DNA of 64,000 nucleotides from Escherichia coli O157:H7 (GTDB lineage Bacteria; Pseudomonadota; Gammaproteobacteria; Enterobacterales; Enterobacteriaceae): NCBI RefSeq assembly GCF_013167455.1, contig NZ_CP038328.1; one strand, 5' to 3'. Shown piece by piece: positions 29,413 to 37,755 of this stretch (position 1 is its first letter; each line of letters starts with the position of its first letter). The notes under the pieces were generated by a model. It saw only the letters and a program-made list of their open reading frames with translations, ran no database searches and was not told where the DNA came from. The position numbers and the translations under genes were made by a program.

Positions 29413-29772
29413 ATGCGTATAGAGTTTGTTTTGCCTTACCCGCCGACGGTGAACACCTACTGGCGACGTCGTGGCAGCACATATTTTGTATCAAAAGCCG
29501 GTGAGCGTTATCGCCGGGATGTGGCACTTATTGTTCGCCAGCAGCGGCTGAAATTAAACCTGTCCGGAAGGCTGGTGATAAAGATTATTGCAGAGCCACC
29601 GGATAAGCGCCGTCGTGACCTGGACAATATCCTGAAAGCACCACTGGATGTGCTGACGCATGCCGGACTTCTCATAGACGACGAGCAGTTTGATGAAATC
29701 AATATTGTGCGCGGTCAGCTCGTTCCTGGTGAGCGGCTGGGGATAAAAATCACAGAACTGGAGTGCGCATGA
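29413..29772 (+). CDS. rusA: RusA Holliday-junction resolvase
   Basis: 119 aa with RRRDLDNILKAPLDVLTHAGLLIDDEQ, matching the RusA catalytic core. Confidence 0.8.
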   Translation: MRIEFVLPYPPTVNTYWRRRGSTYFVSKAGERYRRDVALIVRQQRLKLNLSGRLVIKIIAEPPDKRRRDLDNILKAPLDVLTHAGLLIDDEQFDEINIVRGQLVPGERLGIKITELECA

Positions 29773-30458
29773 ATAACCACTATTTACAGTTTGTGCGTGA
29801 GCAGCTCATTATCGCCACCGCTGATTTGAGTGGGGCAACAAAAGGTCAGCTTGAAGCCTGGCAGGAGAATGCCATGTTCGATACAGGGCGTTACAGGCGA
29901 AAAAAAATCCGGTACCGCGATGAAGTGACTGGAAAAATGATAACGCGGGATAATCCACCAATCCCGGGAAAGCAATCGCTGGCGAAGGTGACGTCAATTC
30001 CTCTGGTCAGTCCGGTTGAGTTTTCGACATCATCGTGGCGGCGGGCTGTTCTGTCTCTTGAAGAACATCATAAAGCCTGGTTGTTGTGGTGTTACAGCGG
30101 GAGTATTTGTTGGGAATATCAGATCGCGATAACACAGTGGGCGTGGAATGAATTTAATACTCAATCCGGTACCAGAAAAATTGCAGGGAAAACGCAGGAA
30201 CGCCTGAAAAAATTAATCTGGCTGGCGGCGCAGGCAGTAAAAGCAGAACTTTTTGGTGGGGAAGGTTATGAATACAAGGAGCTGGCATTACTGGTGGGAG
30301 TGACAACTAAAAACTGGTCCAAAACATTTACTCGTCACTGGGTTGCAATGAAACACATTTTTCACCGACTGGATAGTGAGGCTTTATTGTTTGTAATGAG
30401 AACGCGTTCAAAACAAAAGGCGGCATTTTCAAAGCAAAGTGTTGCAAAAGTAGATTGA
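29763..30458 (+). CDS. Late-gene antiterminator Q (QuuQ-like, phage 82/21 type)
   Basis: 231-aa protein directly downstream of rusA and upstream of tRNAs and lysis genes; family assignment by position and recalled similarity. Confidence 0.6.
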   Translation: MRMNNHYLQFVREQLIIATADLSGATKGQLEAWQENAMFDTGRYRRKKIRYRDEVTGKMITRDNPPIPGKQSLAKVTSIPLVSPVEFSTSSWRRAVLSLEEHHKAWLLWCYSGSICWEYQIAITQWAWNEFNTQSGTRKIAGKTQERLKKLIWLAAQAVKAELFGGEGYEYKELALLVGVTTKNWSKTFTRHWVAMKHIFHRLDSEALLFVMRTRSKQKAAFSKQSVAKVD

Positions 30459-30524
30459 AAGGCATATATTTCATGCAAATCTGATATTTTGCCGATTTTG
30501 TACGTGATGGCAAAAGCAAACAAA

Positions 30525-30548
30525 ACCCGCCCACAAGCGGGTTTTTTT
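30525..30548 (+). terminator. Intrinsic terminator about 65 nt after Q
   Basis: CCCGCCCACAAGCGGG hairpin followed by TTTTTTT. Confidence 0.6.
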
Positions 30549-30630
30549 GTGCCACTTATCTCGGATAGACATGGTGAATGCGCTGGTGGAGGAAGTAAGG
30601 GTAATTTTTAACCAGGTGATTCTTGAATGC

Positions 30631-30659
30631 TTGCAACATTGATTTCGTAACGTTATTAT
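30631..30659 (+). promoter_or_regulatory. Near-consensus sigma70 promoter upstream of the tRNA cluster (possibly the late promoter PR')
   Basis: TTGCAA, 17-bp spacer, TATTAT, 9 nt before the tRNA 5' end. Confidence 0.5.
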
Positions 30660-30668
30660 CCTGCGCCC

Positions 30669-30744
30669 GGCCCTTTAGCTCAGTGGTGAGAGCGAGCGAC
30701 TCATAATCGCCAGGCCGCTGGTTCAAATCCAGCAAGGGCCACCA
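30669..30744 (+). tRNA. ileZ: tRNA with anticodon CAU (Ile2/Met type; ileZ-like phage tRNA)
   Basis: Cloverleaf: acceptor GGCCCTT/AAGGGCC, D-arm GCTC...GAGC, anticodon loop CUCAUAA, T-loop TTCAAAT, CCA end. Confidence 0.8.
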
Positions 30745-30752
30745 TCACATAC

Positions 30753-30828
30753 CGCCATTAGCTCATCGGGATAGAACGCCAGCCTTCGAAGCTGGTTTCG
30801 CGGGGTTCGAGTCTCCGATGGCGGTCCA
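30753..30828 (+). tRNA. tRNA-Arg, anticodon UCG as read from the sequence
   Basis: Acceptor CCGCCAT/ATGGCGG, anticodon stem CCAGC/GCTGG with loop CTTCGAA, T-arm CGGGG-TTCGAGT-CTCCG, CCA end. Confidence 0.7.
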
Positions 30829-30841
30829 TTATCGGTATTCT

Positions 30842-30918
30842 GCGTTTTTAGCTCAGCAGGACAGAGCAATTGCCTTCTAAGCAATCGGTCACTGGTTCGA
30901 CTCCAGTACAACGCGCCA
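30842..30918 (+). tRNA. tRNA-Arg, anticodon UCU (decodes rare AGA)
   Basis: D-arm GCTC...GAGC, anticodon stem ATTGC/GCAAT with loop CTTCTAA, T-arm ACTGG-TTCGACT-CCAGT, CCA end. Confidence 0.75.
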
Positions 30919-31090
30919 CACTTATTTTCCCGGCTCGCTTTTGCGGGCCTTTTTTGTATCTGCGCCACGCCCGGCACATACCAACCACAGAGCCTTTCGG
31001 GGGGGGGGAGCTTACGGAGTGGTCAGTGTGACTTTCTCTGTGGGCAGATCGCTCCCGGGCGTTGGCTCACCCACCCAAAGGAACGTCACG

Positions 31091-31523
31091 ATGTTTGGTA
31101 TTTTTGGTAAAAAAAGCCCGCAGAGCGGCAACGGAAATTAAAAAGTTTGAAAAACGCGATCTGGCACAGGTGGTGATTAACGCCGCATACCTGGTGGCCT
31201 GTGCAGATGGTGAATGTGAGGCATCCGAGAAAGCGAAGATCGAACAGGTACTGCGTAATCAGCCTGCGCTGTCCGCGTTTACGTCAGAAATTAATGCGAT
31301 TAGCGCAACCATTATCGGTCAGCTGGATACGAACTTTAAAACTGGTCGTCGTGCGGCGTTACGTGAGATCGAGGATGTGAAACACGATACGCGTGAAGCG
31401 GAAGATGTGCTGGATGTGGCGGTGGCCATTGCGGAGGCAGACGGCGAAATTGAGCCGGAAGAGCGCAAGGTGCTGGAAGAGATTGCCGGTGTTCTGGGTC
31501 TTCGTCTGGAGAATCACCTGTGA
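31091..31523 (+). pseudogene. TerB-like (tellurite-resistance TerB domain) gene, apparently frameshifted at an A7 run (31108-31114)
   Basis: ATG 31091 with AAGGAA RBS gives MFGIFGKK then an early stop; the long TerB-like frame (...DLAQVVINAAYLVACADGECEASEKAKIEQV...EADGEIEPEERKVLEEIAG...) has no good start codon. Confidence 0.5.
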
Positions 31524-31687
31524 CGGTAAAACTGCGCCTGACTGTGGCTGCACTCCTGCTGTTTCTGGTGGTGATGGTGGATTTCACCAGCAGAATCATG
31601 TCGGTGCTGGCGGATGGGGTGCTGGTCTGCGGCATTGTGGTATTGCTGTGGCCGGTGATAAAAAGAAACAGCCTGCATAATGCTTGA
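31520..31687 (+). CDS. Candidate 55-aa two-TM membrane protein coupled to the TerB-like gene
   Basis: GTG start overlapping the TerB-like stop (GTGA); VTVKLRLTVAALLLFLVVMVDFTSRIMSVLADGVLVCGIVVLLWPVIKRNSLHNA. Confidence 0.3.
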   Translation: MTVKLRLTVAALLLFLVVMVDFTSRIMSVLADGVLVCGIVVLLWPVIKRNSLHNA

Positions 31688-32001
31688 TTTTTTTGTTTGC
31701 TGTTTATTAAAAACACTTCTGCATGGTGAATCCCCCTGTGCGGAGGGGCGATCAGCAAGAAGGTATATGGGATAATCGCGGATTCAGGTGCTGGTACTGA
31801 ATTCACCGGGAGGCACCCGGCACCATGCTTTGCCACAAAAGTGTTATTTCTGTTTTTCTCAAACTATCATCGTTATCCCTTTATTTCCGGCTGCGCATGG
31901 CGCGGCCTTTTTTTTACGACCAGCCACTGGCAGATGGTCATCCTGTGATTTGATTCCGGTTCCGGCTTTTTAACTCTGTTCCTGTACACGGGAGAAATTC
32001 G

Positions 32002-33852
32002 ATGTCGATTAAACATTATGATGTTGTCAGGGCGGCGTCGCCGTCAGACCTTGCGGAAAAGCTGACACACAAACTGAAAGAGGGCTGGCAGCCGTTTGGT
32101 AGTCCGGTGGCCATAACCCCTTATACCCTGATGCAGGCGATTACAGCAGAAGGTGATGTGGTGGTCAGTGGTGCAACTGAGCCGGATTGGTACTACGTCA
32201 TCGTACTGGCCGGGCAGTCCAATGCCATGGCTTACGGTGAAGGGCTTCCGCTGCCGGATTCATACGATGCTCCGGATCCGCGCATTAAACAGCTGGCGCG
32301 CCGCAGTACAGTGACGCCGGGTGGGGCTGCCTGCAGATATAACGATATTATTCCGGCCGACCACTGCCTGCATGATGTGCAGGATATGAGTACGCTGAAT
32401 CATCCGAAGGCAGACCTGAGCAAAGGGCAGTACGGCTGTGTCGGCCAGGGGTTACATATTGCCAAAAAACTGCTCCCGTATATCCCGAATAACGCGGGGA
32501 TCCTGCTGGTACCATGCTGTCGTGGTGGTTCGGCATTTACCCAGGGCGCGGAGGGGACATTCAGCGAGTCCACGGGGGCCAGCCAGGATTCGGCACGCTG
32601 GGGGGTGGGCAAGCCGTTATATCAGGATCTGATTTCCCGCACAAAAGCGGCATTGCAGAAAAATCCCAAAAACGTTCTGCTGGCCGTCTGCTGGATGCAG
32701 GGAGAGTTTGACATGAGCGCCGCCACCCACGCACAGCAACCTGCGCTGTTTACAGCCATGCTGGCACAGTTTCGTGCTGACCTCTCCGTGTTTAACGCGC
32801 AGTGCCATGGTGGCAGTGCTGCAGATGTGCCGTGGATTTGTGGTGACACGACGTATTACTGGAAAAATACATACGCTACCCAGTACGACACCGTGTACGG
32901 CGGGTATAAAAACAGGGAGAGTGAGGGCGTTTATTTTGTGCCCTTCATGACAGACGGTAACGGCGTCAATACCGCCACTAACGCGCCGGCAGAAGATCCG
33001 GATATTCCGGCATCAGGATATTACGGTGCGGCATCGAGAACGAATGGAAACCAGGTATCATCAAACCGCCCGACACATTTCAGTTCATGGGCGCGCAGGA
33101 GCATTATTCCGGATCGTCTGGCAACCGCTATTCTGAACGCAGCCGGGCGCACCTCAGCCTTCATCAGTGGTAAGGCACCGGAAATCAAACCCTCGCCCGG
33201 CGGCAACACGCCATCGGGTCCGTCTGCAGATACGTCCGTTCGCACAATCTCCCTGCTGCCGGCAGCCGGAGAGGCTGCTGCGCAGGGCTGGAGCATTAAG
33301 GATGGCGGAATTCAGTTGTCAGATGGTGTATTTAAGATCACCAGGCAGAGCAATAAAACCTGGTCCCTGACGCATCCGGTGGATGACGCAATTACCCTGC
33401 TGACACAGGGCGGCAGACTGACCTGTAAGTTCCGCCTGTCAGGCGCGCTGACCAACAATCAGTTCGGGCTGGGGATTTATCTGTATACGGATGCTCCCGT
33501 TCCTGATGGTGTGGCGATGACGGGTACCGGTAATCCGTTCCTGATGTCGTACTTTACTCAGACCACTGACGGCAGAGTGAATCTGATGCATCACAGGAAA
33601 GCCGGAAACACGAAGCTGGGGGAGTTCGGCGATTACGGTAACGACTGGCAGACGCTGGAGCTGGTGTTCACCGCCGGCAGTGCCACGGTTACTCCGAAAC
33701 TGAATGGAGTGGCTGGCCCGGCATTCCAGGTTATAAAAGACAGTCTGACACTGGGACTGAATGCGCTGACGCTGACGGATGTTACAAAAAATGCAGCGTA
33801 TGGCGTTGAGATAGAAAGTCTGGTGCTGGAGATAAATGCACCGGCAGCATAA
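32002..33852 (+). CDS. nanS-p: Prophage sialate O-acetylesterase NanS-p (YjhS-like)
   Basis: 616 aa with N-terminal MSIKHYDVVRAASPSDLAEKLTHKLKEGWQPFGSP domain and an SGNH/SASA-type esterase core; sits in the Q-to-lysis moron position. Confidence 0.75.
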   Translation: MSIKHYDVVRAASPSDLAEKLTHKLKEGWQPFGSPVAITPYTLMQAITAEGDVVVSGATEPDWYYVIVLAGQSNAMAYGEGLPLPDSYDAPDPRIKQLARRSTVTPGGAACRYNDIIPADHCLHDVQDMSTLNHPKADLSKGQYGCVGQGLHIAKKLLPYIPNNAGILLVPCCRGGSAFTQGAEGTFSESTGASQDSARWGVGKPLYQDLISRTKAALQKNPKNVLLAVCWMQGEFDMSAATHAQQPALFTAMLAQFRADLSVFNAQCHGGSAADVPWICGDTTYYWKNTYATQYDTVYGGYKNRESEGVYFVPFMTDGNGVNTATNAPAEDPDIPASGYYGAASRTNGNQVSSNRPTHFSSWARRSIIPDRLATAILNAAGRTSAFISGKAPEIKPSPGGNTPSGPSADTSVRTISLLPAAGEAAAQGWSIKDGGIQLSDGVFKITRQSNKTWSLTHPVDDAITLLTQGGRLTCKFRLSGALTNNQFGLGIYLYTDAPVPDGVAMTGTGNPFLMSYFTQTTDGRVNLMHHRKAGNTKLGEFGDYGNDWQTLELVFTAGSATVTPKLNGVAGPAFQVIKDSLTLGLNALTLTDVTKNAAYGVEIESLVLEINAPAA

Positions 33853-33854
33853 TA

Positions 33855-34140
33855 AAAAAAGAGCCAGCGACTGACCTGAAAGAAGACGCTGGCTAAAAGG
33901 CCTTATATGTTTGTAGAGACTTATTTTTCACAGACAGCAATGATGCCTGTCAATATATTATCAATATGCGGATTGTTTCAGTTACAGATGCTTTATTAAG
34001 GAAAAAAACAGCCAGCACTGACTTTCGGTGGAGAGGTGCTGGCTCAGAAGGATAGTTGGATTTCACATGATACTTATGCCTGGCGGTATATTTTCTGACA
34101 GACAGTGACGGGTGTTGTCAAGATATTGTGTCATTTATAA
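33855..34140. repeat. Two diverged tandem copies of a roughly 150-bp unit, each with a GCCAGC..GCTGGC hairpin and a ..CAGACAG..TGTCAA..ATATT.. segment
   Basis: Copy 1 about 33858-33975, copy 2 about 34008-34140, aligned by eye. Confidence 0.5.
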
Positions 34141-34219
34141 CCTGAATCAGGGGGTGGCCGGAATGTTATCTGGCATTTTTAGCAGAGCCTGAATGCCATA
34201 ATCACGGCTCCCGGCGTTG

Positions 34220-34256
34220 GCCGTCAGTGGGTGACACTGGCGGCTTTTTTGTTTTT
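34220..34256 (+). terminator. Strong intrinsic terminator 45 nt upstream of the holin gene (candidate tR')
   Basis: GGCCGTCAGTG-GGTGA-CACTGGCGGC hairpin followed by TTTTTTGTTTTT. Confidence 0.6.
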
Positions 34257-34300
34257 CTTTACTTTCATTTTCTGTCGGCGGTGACGGAGACATACATCAG

Positions 34301-34507
34301 ATGGAAAAAATCACAACGGGTGTGTCATACACCACGTCAGCGGTGGGGACGGGATACTGGTTACTGCAGCTGCTGGACAAAGTCTCTCCGTCCCAGTGGG
34401 TGGCGATAGGCGTGCTGGGGAGTCTGCTGTTTGGGCTGCTGACATATCTGACGAACCTGTATTTCAAGATTAAAGAAGACCGGCGTAAGGCGGCGCGGGG
34501 AGAGTAA
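34301..34507 (+). CDS. S: Class II pinholin (phage 21 S21-like)
   Basis: 68 aa [68 protein letters not shown], close to recalled S21 68. Confidence 0.8.
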   Translation: MEKITTGVSYTTSAVGTGYWLLQLLDKVSPSQWVAIGVLGSLLFGLLTYLTNLYFKIKEDRRKAARGE

Positions 34508-34511
34508 AGTG

Positions 34512-34856
34512 ATGAAGAAAAAATACGAACTGGTTGTTAAAGGGATAAATAATTACCCGGATAAGATTACTGTTACTGTGGCACCGGAAATTGGTGGGTA
34601 TCCGTCACTGTTGTTGCCAGATGTGGCGATTAGTCTTGACCGTACTGAAGGTGCCACGCTGGAGTTTTACGAAGCTGAGGCGAAAAAGCAGGCGAAGCAG
34701 TTTTTCATGGATGTTGCTGCCGGGTTATGTGAAGGGGATGGTCCGTTACCGGAAAAGCGTCCCGTAATTTTAGAGGCGCAGGATGTGTTGATAACCTACA
34801 GAGGAAAACTACCGGGAATAATTACGGGTTCTCTGAAGACTCCACCGCTGGCCTGA
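34512..34856 (+). CDS. Uncharacterised 115-aa soluble protein inserted between holin and endolysin
   Basis: Start 5 nt after the holin stop with the RBS inside the holin 3' end; no TM segment and no motif I recognise. Confidence 0.45.
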   Translation: MKKKYELVVKGINNYPDKITVTVAPEIGGYPSLLLPDVAISLDRTEGATLEFYEAEAKKQAKQFFMDVAAGLCEGDGPLPEKRPVILEAQDVLITYRGKLPGIITGSLKTPPLA

Positions 34857-34906
34857 AGACTTAACATATCCAGGGATTTGAAATCGATAAACCCTGATAA
34901 ATATCC

Positions 34907-35440
34907 ATGAACGCAAAAATCAGATACGGCCTGTCGGCTGCCGTTCTGGCGCTGATTGGTGCAGGGGCGTCTGCGCCTGAAATCCTCGACCAGTTTCTGG
35001 ATGAAAAGGAAGGTAACCACACCACAGCATACCGTGATGGTGCGGGTATCTGGACCATCTGCCGTGGAGCCACCCGGGGGGATGGTAAGCCTGTTATTCC
35101 TGGCATGAAGCTGTCGAAGGAAAAATGCGACCGGGTTAACGCCATTGAGCGTGATAAGGCGCTGGCATGGGTGGAGAAAAACATCAGAGTGCCGCTGACC
35201 GAACCCCAGAAAGCGGGGATCGCGTCATTCTGTCCGTACAACATTGGCCCCGGTAAGTGTTTCCCGTCGACGTTTTACAGACGGATTAATGCAGGAGATC
35301 GAAAAGGTGCCTGCGAAGCGATTCGCTGGTGGATTAAGGACGGTGGCAGGGACTGCCGTATTCGCTCAAATAACTGTTACGGTCAGGTATCCCGTCGTGA
35401 CCAGGAGAGCGCGCTGGCGTGCTGGGGAATCGACAGATAA
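34907..35440 (+). CDS. R: SAR endolysin (lysozyme with N-terminal signal-anchor-release domain, R21-like)
   Basis: N-terminal SAR helix LSAAVLALIGAGASA then the catalytic E-x8-D-x5-T region (EGNHTTAYRDGAGIWT). Confidence 0.8.
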   Translation: MNAKIRYGLSAAVLALIGAGASAPEILDQFLDEKEGNHTTAYRDGAGIWTICRGATRGDGKPVIPGMKLSKEKCDRVNAIERDKALAWVEKNIRVPLTEPQKAGIASFCPYNIGPGKCFPSTFYRRINAGDRKGACEAIRWWIKDGGRDCRIRSNNCYGQVSRRDQESALACWGIDR

Positions 35441-35579
35441 GCAGAATATTTTGCTGAAAAATGAGGTTTGCTTACATGGACGGATAACACGAAATCCTGC
35501 AAATTGGCAAAATGTAAGTGAATAAAGTCAAAGCAGTTGTTTAACACTCAGGCACCGTAATGATGCCTTTGTCATTTCT

Positions 35580-35601
35580 GCGCATCTCACGCGCATCTCA
35601 C
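35580..35601. repeat. Tandem direct repeat GCGCATCTCAC x2 upstream of the ant-like gene
   Basis: Two exact adjacent 11-bp copies. Confidence 0.8.
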
Positions 35602-35710
35602 AACACAGAACCTTTCAGGATGACCCTTGAGGATACCGGTTTGGCTGTCGGTGCCTTTCTGTGGGCTGGATTCCTGTGAGACAAGGTTCATCACTAAAAG
35701 GAAATAACCG

Positions 35711-36280
35711 ATGAATATGATGGCCGTGCCGTTTCACGGCAACTCTCTTTATGTAGTTAACCATAATGGCGAACCATACGTTCCCATGAAACCTGTCGTT
35801 GCGGGGATGGGGCTGGCCTGGCAATCACAGTTGGCTAAGTTAAGACAGCGTTTTGCGTCAACTATAACGGAAATCGTTATGGTTGCTGAGGATGGGAAAC
35901 AACGCAATATGGTGTCCATGCCACTTCGAAAACTTGCCGGCTGGCTACAAACCATTAATCCCAACAAAGTAAAACCCGAAATCCGCGATAAGGTCATCCG
36001 GTATCAGGAAGAGTGCGACGATGTTCTTTACGAGTACTGGACGAAGGGTTTTGTCGTTAATCCCCGTAAAATGAGCGTGATGGAAGAACTCAACCAGGCT
36101 TGTGCTGACATGAAACGGGATAAAAACATTGCCAGTGTGTTTGCTACCGGGCTGAATGAGTGGAAACAGGTTAAAGCCGCGCATGTATCAAAAATCCGTA
36201 CGCTGGTAAATGAAGCGAATATGCTGATTGATTTTGTCCTGGCTGATACAGGCAAAGGGAAAATAACAAAGGCGGATTGA
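35711..36280 (+). CDS. Antirepressor-like protein (AntA/P22-AR N-terminal-type domain) between endolysin and spanins
   Basis: N-terminal MAVPFHGNSLYVVNHNGEPYVPMKPVVAGMGLAWQSQLAKL resembles antirepressor N-terminal domains (recalled). Confidence 0.45.
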   Translation: MNMMAVPFHGNSLYVVNHNGEPYVPMKPVVAGMGLAWQSQLAKLRQRFASTITEIVMVAEDGKQRNMVSMPLRKLAGWLQTINPNKVKPEIRDKVIRYQEECDDVLYEYWTKGFVVNPRKMSVMEELNQACADMKRDKNIASVFATGLNEWKQVKAAHVSKIRTLVNEANMLIDFVLADTGKGKITKAD

Positions 36281-36422
36281 TGGGGTGGCTAATGATATCA
36301 GATAAACTCATAACGCTGGTGAAGAGCCTCTGTGTACTTGCCGGCATTTCATTTTCACTAATGCTGGTTGCTCTTTTTCTTTCCATGGCCTGGATGGCGT
36401 TGACTTCGGCAGGGCTGGTGGG

Positions 36423-36896
36423 GTGAGCATAAACCGAATGCTTTCCGCGTTTACCGTTATTCTGCTGGTGGTCTGTGGTGCGCTTAGTCTGGGGCTGAAT
36501 CATTACCGCGATAACGCCATAACCTACAAAGAGCAGCGCGATAAAAAAGTCAGTGAGCTGGAGCTGGCAAATGCAACCATTACTGATATGCAGCAGCGCC
36601 AGCGTGATGTTGCTGCACTTGATGCCAGATACTCGAGGGAATTAGCTGATGCGAGAGCTGAAAATGAAACTCTGCGTGCTGATGTTGCCGCTGGTCGTAA
36701 GCGCCTGCGCATCAACGCCAACTGTCCAGGCTCCTTGCGTAAAGCCCCCATCACCTCCGGCGTGGATAATGCAACCGGTCCCCGACTGGCAGAAGCCGCT
36801 GAACGGGATTATTTCATCCTCAGAGAACGGCTGATGGCAATGCAGAAGCAACTGGAAGGAGCACAGGAATATATCCGTACCCAGTGTATACCGTGA
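36423..36896 (+). CDS. Rz: Rz i-spanin
   Basis: N-terminal TM then NHYRDNAITYKEQRDKKVSELELANATITDMQQRQRDVAALDARY..., close to lambda Rz. Confidence 0.8.
   Translation: MSINRMLSAFTVILLVVCGALSLGLNHYRDNAITYKEQRDKKVSELELANATITDMQQRQRDVAALDARYSRELADARAENETLRADVAAGRKRLRINANCPGSLRKAPITSGVDNATGPRLAEAAERDYFILRERLMAMQKQLEGAQEYIRTQCIP
36649..36834 (+). CDS. Rz1: Rz1 o-spanin lipoprotein embedded in Rz in the +1 frame
   Basis: MKLCVLMLPLVVSAC lipobox then a proline-rich tail; nested within Rz as in lambda. Confidence 0.7.
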   Translation: MRELKMKLCVLMLPLVVSACASTPTVQAPCVKPPSPPAWIMQPVPDWQKPLNGIISSSENG

Positions 36897-37359
36897 TGTT
36901 TTGTTACGAAGGTGTTACTGGTAACGTTAAGGTAATTTAACAAAGAGTCAGTTCCGGACTTTATAGTGTGCTCAGTTCATGGCCAAAAACGATTTCTGTG
37001 ATAAATATTTTGAATATTATTTACAGGTAAATGGAGTGGGGCACATGGATAGAAATATTACAATAGAGTATGAAGTATATGCCCGTATTGTATGGGCAGA
37101 GAAGGCAAAAACATGGTAATTCCGTGTGTTGCCATGATACCTGATTGGCAGAATTGTTGTTTGGTTTTGAGTATATAGTCAGCGTCTTTTGTTCGGTAAT
37201 TGCTCTTTCAATTAAAATGCCAGATATGATTTGCTTTTCTTTGTTGTTTAGTTTTTTTGTATATTATTTTTATTGTTTTTATATAATTAGTTTTTTATTG
37301 TTGTCTTATTAAGGACGGTAAATTCAGGATGGCAGTCTGTAGATAAACGGAGGTTACTT

Positions 37360-37674
37360 ATGCTACATGATCACCTGGCAGAATGTCTGGAGAAAAAAGG
37401 ACTGTACCGGAGAGCAGCTGAACGATGGGCAAAAGTGATGGTACAGCTAAGTGATGACCAGAAAAGAAAAGTGGCGGCACAGAAACGAGCAGAGTGTTTG
37501 CGTAAGGCGCGCCGGACTCCGGTTTCACCGGTGAACCTGACCGAAATAAAACAAGCGGTCAACAGACTACATTCTGAGTTGGGAATGGGATTTGAAGAGC
37601 GGCGGGTATTCCGACGATATAAAGGGACAGGAGAACAGAATACGTCCGGAAACGCGCGGTCAAAAAAATGCTAA
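37360..37674 (+). CDS. PerC-family (Pch-like) transcriptional activator
   Basis: 104-aa basic protein with LEKKGLYRRAAERW motif recalled from PerC/Pch proteins; preceded by about 450 bp of AT-rich DNA. Confidence 0.45.
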   Translation: MLHDHLAECLEKKGLYRRAAERWAKVMVQLSDDQKRKVAAQKRAECLRKARRTPVSPVNLTEIKQAVNRLHSELGMGFEERRVFRRYKGTGEQNTSGNARSKKC

Positions 37675-37710
37675 AAAATATCTGAGAGCGTTATTGCCTG
37701 TTACCATAAG

Positions 37711-37738
37711 AAAAAGCGACTTTAGTGGTCGCTTTTTG
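37711..37738. terminator. Bidirectional intrinsic terminator between the PerC-like and ynfO-like genes
   Basis: AGCGAC-TTTAGTG-GTCGCT hairpin flanked by A5 and T5. Confidence 0.6.
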
Positions 37739-37755
37739 TGTCATATATAAGTCGT

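Noticed and set aside
31336-31836. 166-aa minus-strand ORF and 95-aa plus-strand ORF spanning the TerB-like 3' end
   Set aside because: They overlap the TerB-like frame and the coupled small membrane ORF, lack RBSs, and translate to low-complexity Arg/Pro/Trp-rich sequence.
30919-32001. Possible Shiga toxin (stxAB) genes in the slot downstream of Q and the tRNAs
   Set aside because: No ORF pair of the stxA (about 315 aa, signal peptide) plus stxB (about 89 aa) type is present; the interval holds a TerB-like gene and a small membrane ORF.
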